Shown one piece after another: positions 59,530 through 64,000 of a stretch of DNA of 64,000 nucleotides (positions are counted from its first letter, which is position 1; every line of letters begins with the position of its first letter). The notes under the pieces were generated by a model, which made no database searches, was not told where the DNA came from, and saw only the letters and a program-made list of their open reading frames with translations. The DNA comes from Antedon mediterranea. Its lineage: Eukaryota > Animalia > Echinodermata. The stretch is taken from the NCBI RefSeq assembly GCF_964355755.1, contig NC_092675.1, forward strand, positions 1,049,812 through 1,113,811, in the 5' to 3' direction. Both the position numbers and the translations under genes were made by a program.

Positions 59530-61813
59530 TCTTTATACTGAAGTTAACTGTATGTTAACTCACCAGCAACTCTTGTTATTGTGTAGGCCTGGGTGCTAAA
59601 AATAAGAGAAAGTGTGACTGTTTGCATATTAATTATGTATTGCTTGTACAACAAGCAAGTAAACTGAATAATAATAAAATATTAAATTATGAATATGATT
59701 AATGACATTTTTTGCAGTTTAATTAATTTATCGTATTTATGCAGTTAGAAATTTTCTGCACAATTTGAATTGAGTATTTTGATTGAAAATGCGCATTAAT
59801 TAACACTACTACAGGGCTTATGTGACTCTAATCAGAGCATATTTACTAGCTAGGCCTACTAGCCTAGAGCTACTAGGCCTACTACTATAGGTAGCGAGGC
59901 AGCAAGCTTCACCTGCTCTGCTATCCACCTCTCCCTTTCTGCAAGTCCGTCACGTCTACAGCTAGAGCAAGGCCTAGCATTGACCGGAGGAAAATATGCC
60001 TAGCTTGGCGTACATTGCCCTAATTATAGTGCAGTTAGTAAAAGTACCTTTTTACGCCATTACAAATTATTTTTTGTCGTTGAAAACTAGGCCTTTATAA
60101 TGGCTAAAAATAACAAATTAACCATGCCATGCACAGCGCGGTGGTGAGCAAATGTTTGAGGATGAGAGACTGACGACACGAGAATACCCATGGAACGCAA
60201 GACGTGTCTTCAGTGGAATTTACTTTTCATCTAAAATCTACAATCAAAAATGTAAAAAAAAAGGTATAAAAGTTAGAGTACTTGAATTAAATACAGAACA
60301 TATAGAACAAACTACAGTTTTAAATTTTAATTGTTTATTTCTGTTCTGTAGGTCATGGTACTATATTTACAACATTTGTATGTAGCCTTTAAATTGTTTA
60401 AATTACAATACCTGAGGATGCACATGGGTCATAGTATTAAAAAGTAGTAAAATAAATTCAAAAACTTAAATAAAACAAAACAGTTATAGTTTTTTTACCC
60501 AATGTTTTAAAGTTCTGTCTACATTATTAAACTTTATGTGACAAAGCAAACTGTGATGTGCCACATTAAAGCATATCACTACCATATTTGGGCATCACAC
60601 TTTTTTTTTGTCAAATGACTTTGATAGTGTAGACAGAAATTAATATAATAGGCTTCAAAAAAATATATTTCTCCTGAAATATTTACTTATTATCTGTATC
60701 AGCCATGTTTAAAATGTGGAATACTCCACTGTGTAATAGACTCACACACATATTTAGATTTAAAATACAGTGGTACAAATTTGAAATCTATAAGATAATA
60801 TGGACCTTTAGATTTGCAATGCATATGCATAGTTGTAGATCATCACAAACTGAAATCTCACTCTTTAGTAGAATAAAATACCATTTTAGAAAACAAATGT
60901 CAATTGGTTAAGCAGGCAAGCAAAGATTACCACCTTTATAATCACATTAAACATTATGAAAAAAGATCTTAACTAGAGTTTAAAATATACATTTAGTAAA
61001 ACATAGAACAATAGAGCTGACCACGTGTTTGCAGAAAAACTAAGGACTAAATACATACAATGTTACATTTTTCTCTACAGGTTTTGGAATCCGGATAACT
61101 GTCAATGGCATAAAGCAGAGGCCCGAGTCCCCTGGTTTAGGAAACCAAAGTGGCGCTCCAAGTTCCAACTCTGGAGGCCTGGGGCGTTTTTAGCCTTCTT
61201 CAGCATATTATAATGCTCATGGGCCCCCTGGGTTTAGCCAGTGAGTGCTCATAGCCGTACAGTATGTCTACAACATTTTTCACATTTATCTTCTCTTAGT
61301 ATTTTGTTTGTAGGGTTTTATTTGGTGTCAGGAGCAAATTCTTATTTATTTTTCAATACAAATTTCAATTCTTTTAAAATGACCTCATTGTCTCAGAATA
61401 ATTGTTAATGAACTTCTAACTATAACATTAAACACACATTCACGACAAACTTTAAAAATGTATAATAAATAGTATTAAGATTTATATACAAAAATCAATA
61501 ATTTCGGTATAATAAAACCAAAAATGCTTAATAATACACAATACCTATCGCTGCGTACATTAGGTCATTTTTGTTCTTCATTCCAAATTATATGCAACAT
61601 CATTTCTACATTCTGAAGTACTGTATTTCACAAAAAGAAAGTTTCTTTACACCGAACTTTTACATAATGAATGCACATATTCATCCGTAATAATTAAAGC
61701 AACATCTAATTATAACCACTTTGTGGTTGAACAAGATTAGTAACACATTCATCTAGTTACTATTTCTCAATAAAACTCAGCCTAAATTATTTTATGTAAA
61801 TGCAATAACCACG

Positions 61814-63944
61814 TCAGCGATTTGATAATGAATGTTCATAGATGTTACCAAACGATAGGCTTGATATTATCCGTGTCAGCATTTCGCGTTTGCCAGGTTT
61901 CATACGATGTAAATTATTTAAAAAGTCTTGGAATTGGCTACCTCCACACGGTGACATGAGGAACGCGCTCTGTGCGTTGCGCATAATCCCGAGTACCTCC
62001 TCATACTCGTGCTGGTTAATATGATTCATACGCTGATGAATACACTGCATGTACATCTGCTGGCATTTCTGAATTATGTGTGTTAGTGGCGGTGTTCGTA
62101 GCGTGTTCTGTAGCGGCGTATGATGGACATTTGACAGGAATTGAGCGGACTCGGTCACAATCTCTTGAAGAACATACGGACTAAATATGATGTTTGGAAC
62201 ACTGAGGCAATACTGCTGCACATGTGACGCACCTAATTTAAAAAATGGAAAAATATTTCTTAGATAAATCGTAAAAAAAAAAATTAAGTATTGCAATTTA
62301 AATTCCGGAATTTGTTTAAATTCATTATACAAATGTTGATACATACCTAGTTTCTTAGCTATACCGAGTAGCCACTTTACATCTTCTCCATATGGAGGAT
62401 TACGAGAGAACCGCGACTGATAACGTTCATCGTGTACCCGTCTAGCTAGTGTATCCATTGCCAGCATACCTACTCGGTATGTGTGATGAAGGTAATACTG
62501 ACTCTGGTGTGGTACTACAGCAGCAGGAACTAGAGCTGGTGATCCTGTTCTGGCACCTCTTCCTGAAGCTGGAAGCATGGCAGAGACTGGAGGTGTACCA
62601 CCCATGTACGGTTGAACAGTTGGGCCTACAATTCCTCTTGAAGGGAAGCCAACTGCAGGTACATAGGGCAGAGAGCCTGGTGGAAACATTGGTGGACCAT
62701 ACATTGCATTTGCTTGTGATGTTGGTGGCTGATTGTGAGGAATAAAGCCAGGCCTTGCTGGATGGTAGGGATGAGATGGATGGTTAGGCCTAGCCCCATA
62801 CTGTAAAGGATAAGTGTGGTATAGCGGTAGTGGAATAGATACTGGTACAGCCTCATGGTATGGTGGTATCATTCCTTGCGCAACCATTGCTCCCGCAACT
62901 GCAATATTGTTGTCCTCTGGTGGAATGTTGGCATCATCATCACGGTGATGCTGTGTTTGCTTGTGAAGCCATTCCCAGTGTTTACCAACAGTAAAGAGTA
63001 CATCAGGGTAAACATCTCCTCCTTTGGCAGCATTCTCAACTGCTAAACATGCCTTACTCAGCATGTTCACATCTTGTTCTTTACACTAAAACAAAGGGGG
63101 AAAAACATAATATATATATAGAGTAAAATATATAAATCCAAATTACTGAAAAAATGACAATGCTGTGGGTATCAGTGGCCGGATCTCAATAGAGATACAA
63201 AAAAATTCACGAAAAGCTAAATCAAAACAATAAAGTAAAATAGGCAGAAAAATTAGCAGAGCTTTCGGGGAACACTAGCCCTTTATCAGTGCAAGTGATA
63301 AAAATATAGTTATACTTATTGATAAAAGGTCAAAGACATCGCATAATATATGTTATAAAGATAATGTAGTAGTATGTAGTAGTATGATAAAGTATGTAGT
63401 ATGCTGGTATTATCCCAAAGATTATGAAATAATAGTTATATTATAATAATAATCATTAAAGGGAAATAGGTAAAGTGCTAACTTGTCTATAGCTGTGCAC
63501 CAGTGGCCACATTCACTAATTATACTGGGTATTCGGTAACACTTAAAATGTAAAAATGTTCCTAACTAAGTGAATACTGTACTACTTGAGTAAGGAACAT
63601 ACTACCAGATGTTTTTAAGGTTCTTTGAAACATGAATTGTCTTCACACTACTAAACATATTTTGTTTCAACATCAAATAATAAGTTTGTTACTATTTGTT
63701 AGTGTGGGAGGATGTATGTGCTAGATATCTACCTGTAGCAAAGCTCTGTTGACATCTGATGGATTTAAAGCATGGGCATGAGAGAGACAGGACAAAGCAA
63801 GCTCAGCTGCAGCTTGAACCATCTGTAGGTCACGACATCTTGATGCACGGTCAGCTATGGCAGCAGCTTCTGCTGGCGTCAGATGTCCTTCCCAATAGTT
63901 AACAAGAATATTGATTCCACCACTACCCAACTCAAGAGCTTGAC
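61814..63944 (-). CDS. ZSWIM8: ZSWIM8 (Cullin-RING ligase adaptor), last three coding exons; gene continues beyond the window
   Basis: Exons 63944-63733 (QALELG..NYWEGHLTPAEAAAIADRASR..AAAELALSCL..LNP..RALLQ), 63085-62347 (CKEQD..ACLAVENAAKGGDVYPDVLF..YRVGMLAMDTLARRVHDER..FSRNPPYGEDVKWLLGIAKKLG), 62232-61814. Confidence 0.88.
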
Positions 63945-64000
63945 CTGAAACAGTGCAATGACCTCAATGAAAAGTTTTGTTTAAATATTATACAGTAACA

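Overview
AT-rich, intron-containing animal genomic DNA, probably a marine invertebrate (inference from gene content and repeat types). Seven host genes can be assembled from GT-AG exons: POLR2E/RPB5 (-), LASP1-like (-), a synaptotagmin-like TM-C2A-C2B gene (+), a caspase-6-like gene (-), a mosaic SRCR/PAN/kringle/F-lectin/LDLa trypsin-type protease (+), COX18 (-) and the 3' end of ZSWIM8 (-). The most striking object is a very young 9.65-kb Ty3/Gypsy LTR retrotransposon (30797-40448; 307-bp LTRs with one difference found, GTAC target-site duplication) inserted antisense into the first caspase intron. It carries three unusual modules. Gag has an N-terminal ComEA-like helix-hairpin-helix domain. 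The integrase ends in an H3K4me3-reader-type PHD finger instead of a chromodomain. A third ORF in the env position encodes a TatD-family nuclease, apparently translated from an ATG inside the 5' LTR via an in-frame splice over gag-pol. Other notable features are two inverted, independently inserted copies of a nested 2.3-kb Mutator-like foldback element bracketing LASP1 exons 1-4, at least seven 19-31-bp CA..TG hairpins with perfect 7-bp TSDs that resemble P-element excision footprints, degenerate hammerhead-ribozyme repeats, and several MITEs and minisatellites. All calls come from reading the sequence by eye; no database searches were run.
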